A DNA stretch of 59,856 nt from NCBI GenBank assembly GCA_000934665.2, contig JYFJ02002291.1, positions 1 through 59,856 on the forward strand. Direction: 5' to 3'. Source of the DNA: Catajapyx aquilonaris (lineage: Eukaryota). Of this stretch, positions 1 to 10,814 are shown one piece after another. Under the pieces are notes generated by a model. The model was given only the letters and a program-made list of their open reading frames with translations. It had not been told where the DNA came from and did no database searches. Each line of letters begins with the position of its first letter. The stretch's first letter is position 1. A program made the translations under genes and the position numbers.

Positions 1-96
1 GTATGACTTGCGGTTCTCCCGATCATCTCTTCTCGACCAAAAAGGAAAATAACTGGAGCGAAGGTCAGGCACTCGCAGCAGGTTCCAGGCGTAACC

Positions 97-97
<1 letters not shown>

Positions 98-128
<31 letters not shown>
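98..128. repeat. (AAT)n microsatellite
   Basis: About 10 perfect AAT units. Confidence 0.95.
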
Positions 129-129
<1 letters not shown>

Positions 130-187
130 GGTAATCCCATGTAGTCCTGCAGTCATTCATAATCCAATCCATGCATGGTAAAGTGAT

Positions 188-1532
188 CTCACCTTTTCTA
201 GTTCATTTCCTCTCAATTGCTCCTCTCTCTCATGCTCCTTCAATAATTCCTGATTCGTCACAAATGGAGCATTTTGGGCAAAATATAATTCGATCGACCA
301 CAATAGAGAAGCGCCTCAGTTTTACCTGCAATTAAAATCACACTGTCATTTACTCCACAACACCATGAGAACTTGTGACTCACCCCCTGCACAAAGTAGT
401 GTGACGAAGTAATTTCCTTTTTGATGGCAGGATCAAGATGTTGTTCCTACACCAAGAGGAAAAAATGTCAGTCATTGCTTACTAAGCAATGAAGAAGTGC
501 AAAATAATTAAAAACTTTTCCGGCATGGAGGCCACAGTTTTGTAATGTTATCGAATCCCTGCATCCCATTGACTCTGAATGGCTTTGGCGATTTTTGCGA
601 GAAGTTGCATAGGTGGCTATATAGTGGCCTTGATTCTGTTAGTCCCATTGTATGGTTCATGATTTTACATTTAGGAATGATTCCCCAACTCATTCATGAC
701 CCTACCAGGTACAGTCCGCTAATTTTTGTCACATTCAAGTGTTCATCCATACATCACAAAAATTGATCCATAATCTGGCGCGCAATTACCATTTCACCTA
801 CCATCTTGGTCAAACCCAATTTACTTACGGCAGGTTCTTTGTTGGCGTCATCGTCATCTGCCCTCAAGTTGCCACTTGGCGAATTGGCAAGTCCTTCCCT
901 ATGAACAAGTCCGTCGTCAGATTCGGTTGCCACGGCCTGCTCGTCTTCTCCTTTGACGTGGTATGGCCACAGAGCTGGGCCTTCCTCCTAGGCCAACAAA
1001 TAGTCCATTAACATTCAATGTCTCCAGCCACGCCATGTTTAGCCTACCTCCACTTTAATATCCATCTGGAGTCCTCCATCCTCCAGACCTTCTTCCTTCA
1101 CTTGCACACCGCCATCAACTACTTCTGGTCCATCAACCTGGTCATCCTCCTCCTTCCTGACCCTGTCCCATCTGCTGTGTGTAAAGCTGTGAACTAGAAG
1201 CTGCAAGTGTGTGGGGAATGTTTGGAGGCAGCAACGGCACCTGTTCAGGCTACAAATTGGATCCATCACTGGTATTTAAAAAAATGAGCAGTGTTAATAA
1301 TAGCTTTATATGTGATGATCACGAGAATTTGGGGCAATGCAGTGGTGGCCATAATATTACCTTTTTGTTTTTTTGGGGAAAACCTTCTTCTGTGTTCGGC
1401 CATGTTGGTCCAGTCCGAATAGCCACGGTTTGTTTTTTCACCTGGACGCGTCCGAATATGCTGTGCACCAGTTCCTTTTACTGCCAACAGATGGCGAGAG
1501 TGGTCCGGGTGTTGGCTGCCACCTGACGACAA
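188..1532 (-). pseudogene. Degraded or frameshifted multi-exon C2H2 zinc-finger gene
   Basis: ORF 1039-1269 contains CRCCLQTFPTHLQLLVHSFTH, which fits C-x2-C-x3-F-x5-L-x2-H-x3-H, followed by an acidic segment with VKEE/IKVE motifs. Exon-like blocks with GT/AG ends lie at ~829-987 (SVAIHVKGEDEQAV...), ~384-447 and ~193-325, but I could not join them into one open frame. Confidence 0.45.
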
Positions 1533-1902
1533 ACGTTGTAACTATAGAATGTTTTTTTTTCGCCTGTGGAACGCTCCGGAAGGAGAACGGTCCCTGGTGA
1601 GTGCTGCCACCTTCTGATCACGGCACTAAATCATCAGCCCTTGCCAAATTTTGGCTACGGGTGCGCTATAGTTATCAATAATTATTCAATTATTGTCAGT
1701 CGTGAACACATGAACAATGAACACATGAAGTCATGAAGTAGCCTAGCTGGTGACATGCAATGTAATGAATAACAACATAATAATGTAGCGAGTTGAGGGC
1801 GGACGATAGGGCATATAGGGTATATAGGCTTTTTTCATTATAGTAAGTGGCTAATTATTTGCGCACTTATTTGTAGCGAGATAATAAAATTTTCTATGTA
1901 TC

Positions 1903-1904
<2 letters not shown>

Positions 1905-1975
<71 letters not shown>

Positions 1976-2304
1976 CCGGGTAGTGCTTGACCTCATCATA
2001 GGTATATAGCACGGACCTTTATTTTATGTCTCGTACATATATTGGAACCTTTATACGTAACGCCCGGGCCCACGGGCAGGATGACAGGAGGGGATGTGCA
2101 AGGTGCAGTGCAATGTCTTTATGTGGCCATTTTTAGTGAACTCCCCCGGGTGGTTTAGTCTGTAGGAAATACCACCCGAGACGAAGCCAGAGGTGACCCA
2201 ATGAACTCTGCACGAGATGAAGGGGGTGTCCCCGGGCTGGGATCGAACCCGGGACCTTAACATCCGTGGGCGCATACGTTACCGCAGCACCACTCCGCCT
2301 CCCC
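1905..2304 (-). mobile_element. Full-length tRNA-derived SINE with (ATT)n tail and 16-bp TSD
   Basis: Minus-strand head GGGGAGGCGGAGTGGTGCTGCGGTAA (A-box-like), B box GGTTCGATCCC (2239-2249) and tail 1905-1975. Identical direct repeats ATTTTCTATGTATCTA at 1889-1904 and 2305-2320. Confidence 0.92.
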
Positions 2305-2651
2305 ATTTTCTATGTATCTATCAAGGCAAGTAGAGTCTACCTGTTGTCGTAGGTGCAAACATCTCGTTAGGACACCTGTGTCTAATGGGATTTGTCAAAT
2401 ATTTGCACATATCATCATATAATTGCATAACTATATTTGGTAATTATTTCTATTAGGCTATGATCAGTGAATTTGTACTATTTTTAGTCATTACCATATA
2501 TGTTTGTTTTTGTAGTTTTATTGAATTTCTACAAATATTTCTGTCTCATCTCTTCTCTTGATATCCTTAATTACATTGCCCTTTCTTGTTGTCACCACCA
2601 TTTCTTCCGCAGGCCAAGCGTAACTACGCTTATTATATGAATTATTCATAA

Positions 2652-3127
2652 TTATGCTTCAACAGAAGCAGAATTTTCTAATGACTCAGGTTGTTCATCC
2701 GCCGGCTTCTTCTTCTCCTTCTTCTTCTTAGTTGTGCCATCCGCAGAATCTGAAGGATTCCAGTCTTTCGGAGGCATCCACTCAGATGGCGGCGTCCATT
2801 CTGGAGGTGGCACCCAGTCCGACGGTGGCACCCACGCTGGCGGTGGCACCCACTTAGGATTGGGTATCCAAGTAGAATTGGGAACGAATCGAGGAGGAGG
2901 AATCACAAAGTCTGGACGGAAAGAGGGGGCCGGCATGCACAAATCTGGGCAGTAGACATTAGGGAATGGTTGAGAAGGGAAAAAACCAGGTCCGTAAAAC
3001 TGACCTGCAAAATTTTAATTAATTGTTTAAACCAGAAACCATTAAAACAAAATCATGAATAGACATTACCTGATACCCAGTTGCTGGTGGCCAAGAATGA
3101 CGCCAGAACCAACGCAATTTCTGACAT
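2652..3127 (-). CDS. Secreted Pro/Trp-rich peptide (WxPP hexapeptide repeats, poly-Lys/acidic tail); 2 coding exons
   Basis: Exons 3127-3070 (MSEIALVLASFLATSNWVS, signal-like) and 3004-2652 join through a phase-1 GT-AG intron to give GQFYGPGFFPSQPFPNVYCPDLCMP...WIPNPKWVPPPAWVPPSDWVPPPEWTPPSEWMPPKDWNP...KKKKEKKK. Confidence 0.8.
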
Positions 3128-3665
3128 GGTGATGGTGATGTGCAAACTGTACTTGTAACGATCACTGTCAATTATTGTTATAACAGGATGAATGTATTAT
3201 AAACTTTAATGCCAGTTATAACATGTGCAAGAAATAGTACACATTCACAAGATAAACAACTGATCAAAAATGAGCTATTAGAGCGCAAAATATGACATTT
3301 AATCGCATTTGTAAAGATGGAAATGCCACGTTAAGTAGCACAATCATTGCTAATAACTGACAATGAAAACTCACTCACAATATCTCAACAAATAATAATT
3401 ACCTGATCCTAAGAGTGAACCAGCTGTATATTAGAAACTGTCGAGAAAACTATTCCATCTGAAACTATTTTCGCAACATATTGCTTCAAGGCTTTATCTG
3501 AAAGTCATAAAAGTCGGCATGTTGCTGGAGAAGAATAGCAATAAAAATGCTGTCTATATCAGTAAACTATTTCTAACTGTAGCGTAGATTACAATAATTA
3601 TGTTATAGAATTATTACGCAACCTGGTACAGATTTTTGAAATCGCCAAAAAATTCGGATCCAACT

Positions 3666-4216
3666 TTAATCACCCGGACCAGTCATCATATTAGGAGTCG
3701 GAGGCCAGTCTCCACTTCCGTTTCCGGCATCAGTTCCGGCGGAAGTGTCTATATCTTTACAAATCCCTCCAGACCAATAACCATTCCGACTCTCACAATA
3801 ATCCCAGCAGCACTTGTCTCCTTTCTCGCAATCCGAGTCTTTTGAGCAGGTCGTCTTGCTCTTGGAAATACACTTTCCTGAAGGAGCAGGACACCAGGGC
3901 TGACCCATTGGAACCATTGGAGCTGACCAAACAGGCATGGGCTTCATGCTGTACACTGGCTTCATTGGAAGCTGGGGCTGCTGGTACGTCCACTGACCCC
4001 AACCTGGTGACATGCTGGGGTAGTTGCCTCCGGACGAGAAGTACAATCCGCCGAATGGGAATTGGCGAGACACTGCAACCAAAAAATTGATACAATTTTG
4101 CAAAAAAAATTGCAAAATGAAATGTCACCTCTTTGGTACATCCAAGGATTATATGTGGCGTCGATCTGGCTGCATGTGGCCAACCAACATATTGCCAGAA
4201 ATATCATTGCAAACAT
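3666..4216 (-). CDS. Secreted single-WAP-domain protein with Pro/Met/aromatic-rich N-region (crustin/SWD-like)
   Basis: Exon 4216-4129 (MFAMIFLAICWLATCSQIDATYNPWMYQR), phase-1 intron, exon 4072-3666. The 8-Cys WAP core is CPAPSGKCISKSKTTCSKDSDCEKGDKCCWDYC...C. Confidence 0.85.
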
Positions 4217-5576
4217 CTGCAAAAAAATAATGTAACATTTTCATTAACCTTCATGTCAAAGTTGACTTTTGAGTTCCCTGCACATATTAAGACTTCACGT
4301 GTCAAAACTACCATTTAAATATTACAGGCTCATTCGTATAATGGAGACAAAAAGATAACAGCGAAGGTCAAACCCTTCCATTGTTCTGATAAAGAGGCGC
4401 GACATTCAGATAACTGACGAGTTTATGAATATTCAGCCTCATTGTTCCTGATACAAAAATGATTGACACGATCAATCATAACCATTCTTTAGTGTCGAGA
4501 GATTAGCAGGTGGTTCCTGTGACGTATTTGGCTGACAAAGAAATATATTTTTTGGGGATAAATTTGAACGTACCTGCTACAGGGAAAAGACAGCAGCAGA
4601 AAAAAGACACTTCCAGTATCGGATTCACACCAGCTTGTGACTTGAGGACCGAATGTTGCACAGATATCTGTGACAAACACCTTGACACTTTATTGGTGCT
4701 TTTTTCTATATACTCATTATAATAAAGTGACCCTCAGACTCTCAACTTCCTGGTTAGCATCTGCAATTCACAGGTTTCACGGTCTGCAGTCACAGGCACG
4801 TCCATGAACCTTACCCGTTTTGTTCTCTTCAATGGAGCCTCATTGTCTCATGAAGGTCTTTTTTTTTGCACAATACCACTTGTCAGCCAACAATATGACT
4901 CCACTACCTCAAAACTTGCAATTTGTTGCACTGTTACGTGTCTGTACTGGGTAATGTCCAATCATCACTTACCAAGTTTTCATAATTACATATCGCGTTG
5001 GCTGTCTAGTACTCCAGCAACCAGTATATGAAGAGGAGCTGTAGCACTTCATTCTGCGTAATTTGATCTACAAAGTCATAATGTGAATTAATCAAAGAGC
5101 CTCGACCATTCATTATCTCTGTAACGAGGCTGCCAACACTAAAATGTTACCTTGTAACATTAAAGTGATCCTCTGGTGCCCATTTCTCTGAAGAAGTTTG
5201 TCCGAATATAATAATTATTGTGCAAGGAGTACACAGCACTGATTGCATACCATATACTGAATGCAGAAAATGTTGGGAGCATCAGCATTGTCTCCATAAG
5301 CACATGACCTTTTCACAAGGACCATACCCATGACCTCCACACAAAAAAAGCAGCAGGTGATCTAAACGGTTCAAAGATCTTCCACAGGTGGAAAAACCCT
5401 TGACAGGTGATCAAAATTGGAAGTTCCTATAAATTGTATGACGAATAATGGCACCCGACTGCTGGATGTTGCGTGTATGAATGCTGCCCCTCTTGTTTAC
5501 CTTTTTCTGATGTGACACCTGTGACGCATTGTCACCAGGGACCGGACCTAACCCATCAGGGAAGGAGTTGAATGAA

Positions 5577-5615
5577 TATATAAAGGCATCCACCGATTGT
5601 GATCCTTCGTCATTT
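5577..5615 (+). promoter_or_regulatory. TATA box and initiator of the Gly-rich peptide gene
   Basis: TATATAAAG at 5577-5585, arthropod Inr-like TCATTT at 5610-5615, and a non-coding first exon ending at AG|GTAGGT (~5668). Confidence 0.7.
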
Positions 5616-5929
5616 GTCGATCGAACATTTTTGTGGCTGTTGGGAGTGATCGCTTCACTGAAAAAAAGGTAGGTAATAATTATTGGGATTAATAATTATT
5701 GTACAGGAGGTGCATTTTGACTGTTGGAGGAATATTTTGTCAAAAAATAATCGCGTTGACTAAGCAGCGATTTTTGCACTGTCATCATTTGAAGCCTGAT
5801 TTCCAAGAGAAAATATTGTATTTTGACATCTTATTCATTGTCGATGAAACAATTAGATAATAAAATACGGATTGTCAAAACCGGCATTACCTGAATAAAT
5901 AATAAGCCAATAATTTATTTCAGGCAATC

Positions 5930-6405
5930 ATGTCATACCGTGTGCTTCCCTGTTTGCTGTTCGTCTTCCTGATGTTCACCTTTGCCAGTACACAGATGCC
6001 ATTCCGTCCAGGTAAGTTATATTCACTTTCCACGGCTGAGTAATTAATCATCTAATTAATTTGTAAAAAAAATTAATTATTTAATTAATTTAAGAACCGC
6101 GTGCAAATCATGCAGGGTTTCCATTTTTCCCTGGCTTTGGAGGAGGAGGCGGCTTCGGAGGCATGTATGGAGGCTATCCGGGTATGTATGGAGGAGGATT
6201 CCCTGGGATGTACGGATATCCTGGAATGTACGGAGGATTCGGAGGATATCCGGGAGGATTCGGAGGATATCCAGGAGGATTCGGAGGAGGATATCCAGGA
6301 GGATTCGGAGGAGGAATATTTCCATTCTCGGCATCAAACAATGGAAGCAGCAGTGGAAGCAGTGGTGGCAGTGGTGGCAGTGGAAGTGGCAGTGGATCAC
6401 GCTGA
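5930..6405 (+). CDS. Secreted Gly-rich peptide (GGYPG/GGFPG repeats)
   Basis: Exon 5930-6011 (MSYRVLPCLLFVFLMFTFASTQMPFRP), phase-1 intron, exon 6116-6405 (GFPFFPGFGGGGGFGGMYGGYPGMYGG...GSGSGSR). AATAAA at ~6519. Confidence 0.88.
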
Positions 6406-7196
6406 TTTTTTAAAAATATTCCACATTTGTAATTATTTTGAGATTAAAACGACTGTTTTTGCTATTATTTTGTGTCGTCGTATGATGCAATTTATTATTT
6501 TATGCCAGGGATTTTGGTAATAAACAACATGTCGCATTGTCTTATATCAAATAAGGTTTACATGTTCTGGAAAGTCATATTTTGTCGGTGATATTGTGTA
6601 CAACATTTTTGGTCGTTGATTAAAATGTTGGCTTAAGTTGAAGTTGTATTTTTATGTGTGAATTTCCATATAGTGTGTTGTGTTTTTACATCTTGTGTGT
6701 TACTCTGCAATTTTTTGTTAAAAATCTGGCATAATATAAGCTGGAAATGATAGCTTGAGATACTACTGTAAAAAATACATGTAGCCTACAGTTGCACCTG
6801 ACACAAGTTAGTTGAAGGAATTATAATTAGCAAAAATATCCCTAAACAGCGACTTAAAACTTTAAAAAAAAGCATACATGATGATTGCCGGAGATATACT
6901 ATATACCCCTTTTACATGACGACAAACTCTCGTATTGTTTTATTATGAGGTACTCTATAATGTAACATTACAAGTATATACAATACAAGAGCTGCTTTGC
7001 ATCAGTAATCATTGGTAAATTTAAAAAAAATGTTTTAAGTGACTCATAAACTACATCAATGATGTCATCAATATTATGATAATTTCGCGGTATAAAATTT
7101 TACAATGTATATTTTAAAATTAATCAAATCAAAACAATACAAAAGTGCATAACGCACAGAGATAGTTACCATTACTGACTCAGCCATGTATAATAG

Positions 7197-7271
7197 ACTG
7201 ATCATGGTGCAATTTCCGAATGTCAAACATAACCACTATGTTTGACATTCGGAAATTACACCATGTTCAGT
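7197..7271. repeat. Near-perfect 35-bp inverted repeat (hairpin; MITE remnant or RNA hairpin)
   Basis: Arm 7197-7231 matches the reverse complement of 7237-7271 with 2 mismatches; 5-nt loop ACCAC. Confidence 0.85.
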
Positions 7272-8809
7272 TTCACCATGAAATATTAATATTTCAATAT
7301 GATTGTGTAAATGAGAGGTCTTTCTATTTTACTGCAGTTGCCACATGAATGTTACGCCCAATATTTTTATATAATTATATGGACAGATACTTTGAGCGCA
7401 AAGGTACTTGTGAATGCTGCTAATATTGTAAAACGAAGTTCAACATATTATCAATAAAAATCCTTTTATACACTAATGATGTAATACATTACAGTATACG
7501 AGCCCATTTTCAGGAAATGATGACGCACACAAAATACGGTTGCAATATTATTCATTCTGGTCTATTGCAATATAGAACAGTGCTTCGTGGAATGATGTAC
7601 TGTTCCGCATTACTACTGTTTCCGCCAACGTCAGAGGAAGAAGACGAATGATTGCATATTACAGCTGACAGAATGAAGGACTTGTGGAGTATTTTACTGC
7701 CAATAGTGCAGGAAATTGGGTCTTTTGTATGTCGAAGTCTGCCAAGATTGTGCAGTAAAGTGCACAGAGAGTGATATACGCAGCAATGCGAGCGTATAGT
7801 CACACCCTAATATCCTACACCAGCTGATACAAAACACACTCCAAGTTGGAACATTATTAATTCATTTTCTTGATTATTATTTAATTCAGATAGTTTTATG
7901 CACGTCTACAAGTCTGTGTTTTGGGTGAAAAGTTTCAAATGACAAGCTTGCACTATACCAAGTGCATAATAAATATACACGGTCAATAATAGTATGAATT
8001 CTTAGTCGTAAATCATCGCGCAGGTGTCATATGCATGGCACACTGTACAGTGCTTTAGTGAGGCAAAATTCATGCCTTTCTGCAGTCTTTTATCACTTGC
8101 GAAACACTACTTCATGCAATACATAACTTACATAATCATAAATTATGACTTTTGTGTGCACATCAAACCTGCTCAAGATCATATTATCCGTCATCACAAT
8201 GGCAGTAAATTCTGGACTGTGTTATACTCGGGAGTCCAGTTTACTGCCATTGTGATTCTTATATTGACTGATCGTCTGTTATTCAACACCATCATCTCAA
8301 ATATTCTCTGTGATGTCCCTGCTTGGTTCTAAATTCAGCTAAATTCTAGAACCTTCAATAAACAGACAGTAAAGGCATGCAAAATTCAGTTAGTGAAAGG
8401 ACGACAATGCTGCACAGGTTATTGCACGACAAATTGAACTATATAGTTTATGCAACGTGCTTTGTGATGGTGCAAACACCCTTTTTGATGAATTTGTTAT
8501 TCATTTCCACTGTAGTGTGTCCTGGTGGCATATATACAAAGAAGGCGTGCCACCTGTACACCTACAGCTATAAAGCATATAGAAGGTAATGAACTAGGAA
8601 AATTTATCAAACAGCCTTTGATGTCGAAACTAAATAAAACTAATTAACTTTGGAGCCAAACTGGTGCAATTTGCTCACAATGTATGAAAGGCAAAGCAAA
8701 AAGTGTTAATAACAGCTCATTGATTTATTAAAAATTAATTTGATGGAGATCCATGTGAGTAAAAAATTATACATTGTCTATTATACTAATACTGTATGTT
8801 CATAAAAAT

Positions 8810-8931
8810 TATGAGTCGAATTTTCCTTCCACTGCTAGTTACTGCTATAACTTAGCAGTACCAATGCCAACACTGGTACAGTACTACTAAGTTAGCAGTA
8901 TCTAGCAGTGGGAGGAAAATTGGACCCTATA
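8810..8931. mobile_element. Palindromic MITE-like element, family 1, copy 1
   Basis: Arms AATTTTCCTTCCACTGCTAGTTACTGCT and AGCAGTATCTAGCAGTGGGAGGAAAATT; related copies at 45714-45798 and 59385-59515. Confidence 0.75.
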
Positions 8932-10006
8932 TTTAAAAATTCTTCAACGTTTAAGCACTACAAAATTAATTATTATTCATGAGTTTCTCCACTTATGTTT
9001 TTACAACTCCAGCAGGAACATAAGCTATATATATTCTTTCATCTAATATGATTATGGTTAACCAGCATTAAAAATTATTATTGATACTTACAGCAAATGC
9101 AACCCTTTGTCTGAATTACGATCTCGTATTGTGAAACATGTGTTACTTTGCCCTCTATATTACATGCACGACCCTCGTACACAGCAGGAAAGTTCTGGAG
9201 TTTATCAGATTTTTCTTATATGGACCCAGCATGAAGCTGCTCGATTATTTTCATATAACAGAATCTGTATGTCACTGTCACGCTCATTAAAAGGTCAGAC
9301 GTAGGGAAACGTCCTTCAATCTACTCACATTCCGTCAAGCATGAACAATGCGTCAGTAGATCACCGTGAAAGCATCCAACGCATTTCCTCCACATTTCAA
9401 TTGCAAAATATGCCATCACAGCATTGTGTATCATTCTTCTCTTGTCCATTAATATTAATTCTCCCATCCCTTTAATGGCGTAATAACCCAGTACAAGACA
9501 TGAATTCAATCTATACAATTATTTGACGTGTGCTCTCTAGCTGCTTCTGCTTTCTGGTTTGAATGTCAGGCCGTTTGACACCAAAGGGCAGAACCAGTTA
9601 GAACCAAACGGACGCGGATGCTCCTTTTCATCTCCCAACCATTGACACATTATATGATCCGCACATACTGATGAGACAAGGGCTTGGGGTTGCATAAAAA
9701 TAGTCTCGTCGCACTGTGTCGAACGCAGTTCGCCGCCACTCGTTGTCCTGTATAGCGTGACACCCTTAGTCAGGTGCAATCTGTGGGTGAGTAAACGGTA
9801 CCGGCTTCATGTTCTTCAATAATTGATAGGCTTAGTCACGCATGGCCTACACATATTATCAGCATTAGTGAGAATAAGAGTGGTTTTGTCTGTTAGGTTC
9901 CTGAACATCACTCTTCAATAACAATTCGTCCATTTTTGGCTTTTCGTAACCGTTTAAGCAAACTGGGACAAGCACCCACACAAACTTTGCCTTTTATACG
10001 TATATA

Positions 10007-10121
10007 CTAGCAGCAGAGCCCGTTCTTCGCACTGACTGTTTCCATGGTAAATGCTAAGGTTGGCCATGGTTGCAATAGACAAGCAAATAAACCTTTCCCT
10101 ATATACATATATTGTGGTAGA
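10007..10121 (-). mobile_element. Short non-autonomous Helitron-like element in the 5' UTR intron of the 10182 gene
   Basis: Minus strand begins A|TCTACC and ends CAGTGCGAAGAACGGGCTCTGCTGCTAG|T: 5' TC, 3' CTAG, inserted between A and T, with a degenerate subterminal hairpin. Confidence 0.6.
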
Positions 10122-10181
10122 TGACGAGGACGACGAATACTAATTAATTAATTAATTATAGGATCAGATTAAACTGTGGAC

Positions 10182-10814
10182 ATGATGAAGATGCGTTTTT
10201 GTGCGACTGCCTGCCTGATGGCATTGTTGGCGGCCATATTCTTGGTGGACGAGGTCTCGTCCCAGGCATATCCGTACCCTGGTAAGCAGTACCATTGCCA
10301 TCCTATATAGCCCAAATACTACACATTTTTAAAAAATAACTAGAACCTTCGGGACCCCCCCCCCCCCCAAAAATTGCTAATTGTCTTTACTGAATGTATT
10401 CATTTTCATTTTTAAACCCAACAGCTATGGTGGGATCTATGTACCCGATGCAGCAACCTATGAACTCCCGGTTCGTAGGATACCCAGGGCCATGGAAAAA
10501 CATGTATATGTATCCAATGGGCAGCGAAGCAGGTGTGACATTATATTGGACTTTTAGACTCTACTGCAATAATTTAGAGGAAAAAAAAAAATTATTTGTA
10601 AAACTTTTGACACTCTCTTTTAGGTCGACCAGAACAAGGAGGTGAGGCAGGTAGTGAAGCAAGTGCAGGAAGAAACAATGAAGGAGGAGGTGAGGGCAAC
10701 AGAGGGGAAGGCAACAATGAAGGTGGCAACAACGAGGGTGGAAACAATGGAGGTGGAGAACCCACAATGATGAGCATCAGCGATCGAGTTGCTGGAGAAA
10801 TAGGGAGCATTTGA
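10182..10814 (+). CDS. Secreted Tyr/Pro/Met-rich and Gly/Asn/Glu-rich peptide; 3 coding exons
   Basis: Exons 10182-10281 (MMKMRFCATACLMALLAAIFLVDEVSSQAYPYP), 10425-10532 (AMVGSMYPMQQP...YPMGSEA) and 10624-10814 (GRPEQGGEAG...NNEGGNNEGGNNGGG...GSI*). Both introns are phase-1 GT-AG and the frame stays open. Confidence 0.85.

Noticed and set aside
1266..1532. RGYSDWTNMAEHRRR as a hAT TTF-type zinc-finger fragment
   Set aside because: The similarity is too short and the required Cys residues are missing.
2225..2304. tRNA gene
   Set aside because: Pol III boxes are present, but there is no convincing cloverleaf and the segment is the head of a TSD-flanked SINE.
6077..6520. His/Cys/Leu-rich and Glu/Asp-rich ORFs overlapping the Gly-rich gene
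   Set aside because: Antisense and alternative-frame shadows of the GGA-rich repeat; only the Gly frame splices to a signal exon.
7550..9780. Several 60-100 aa ORFs between the peptide genes
   Set aside because: No recognisable motifs, splice-consistent partners or signal peptides.
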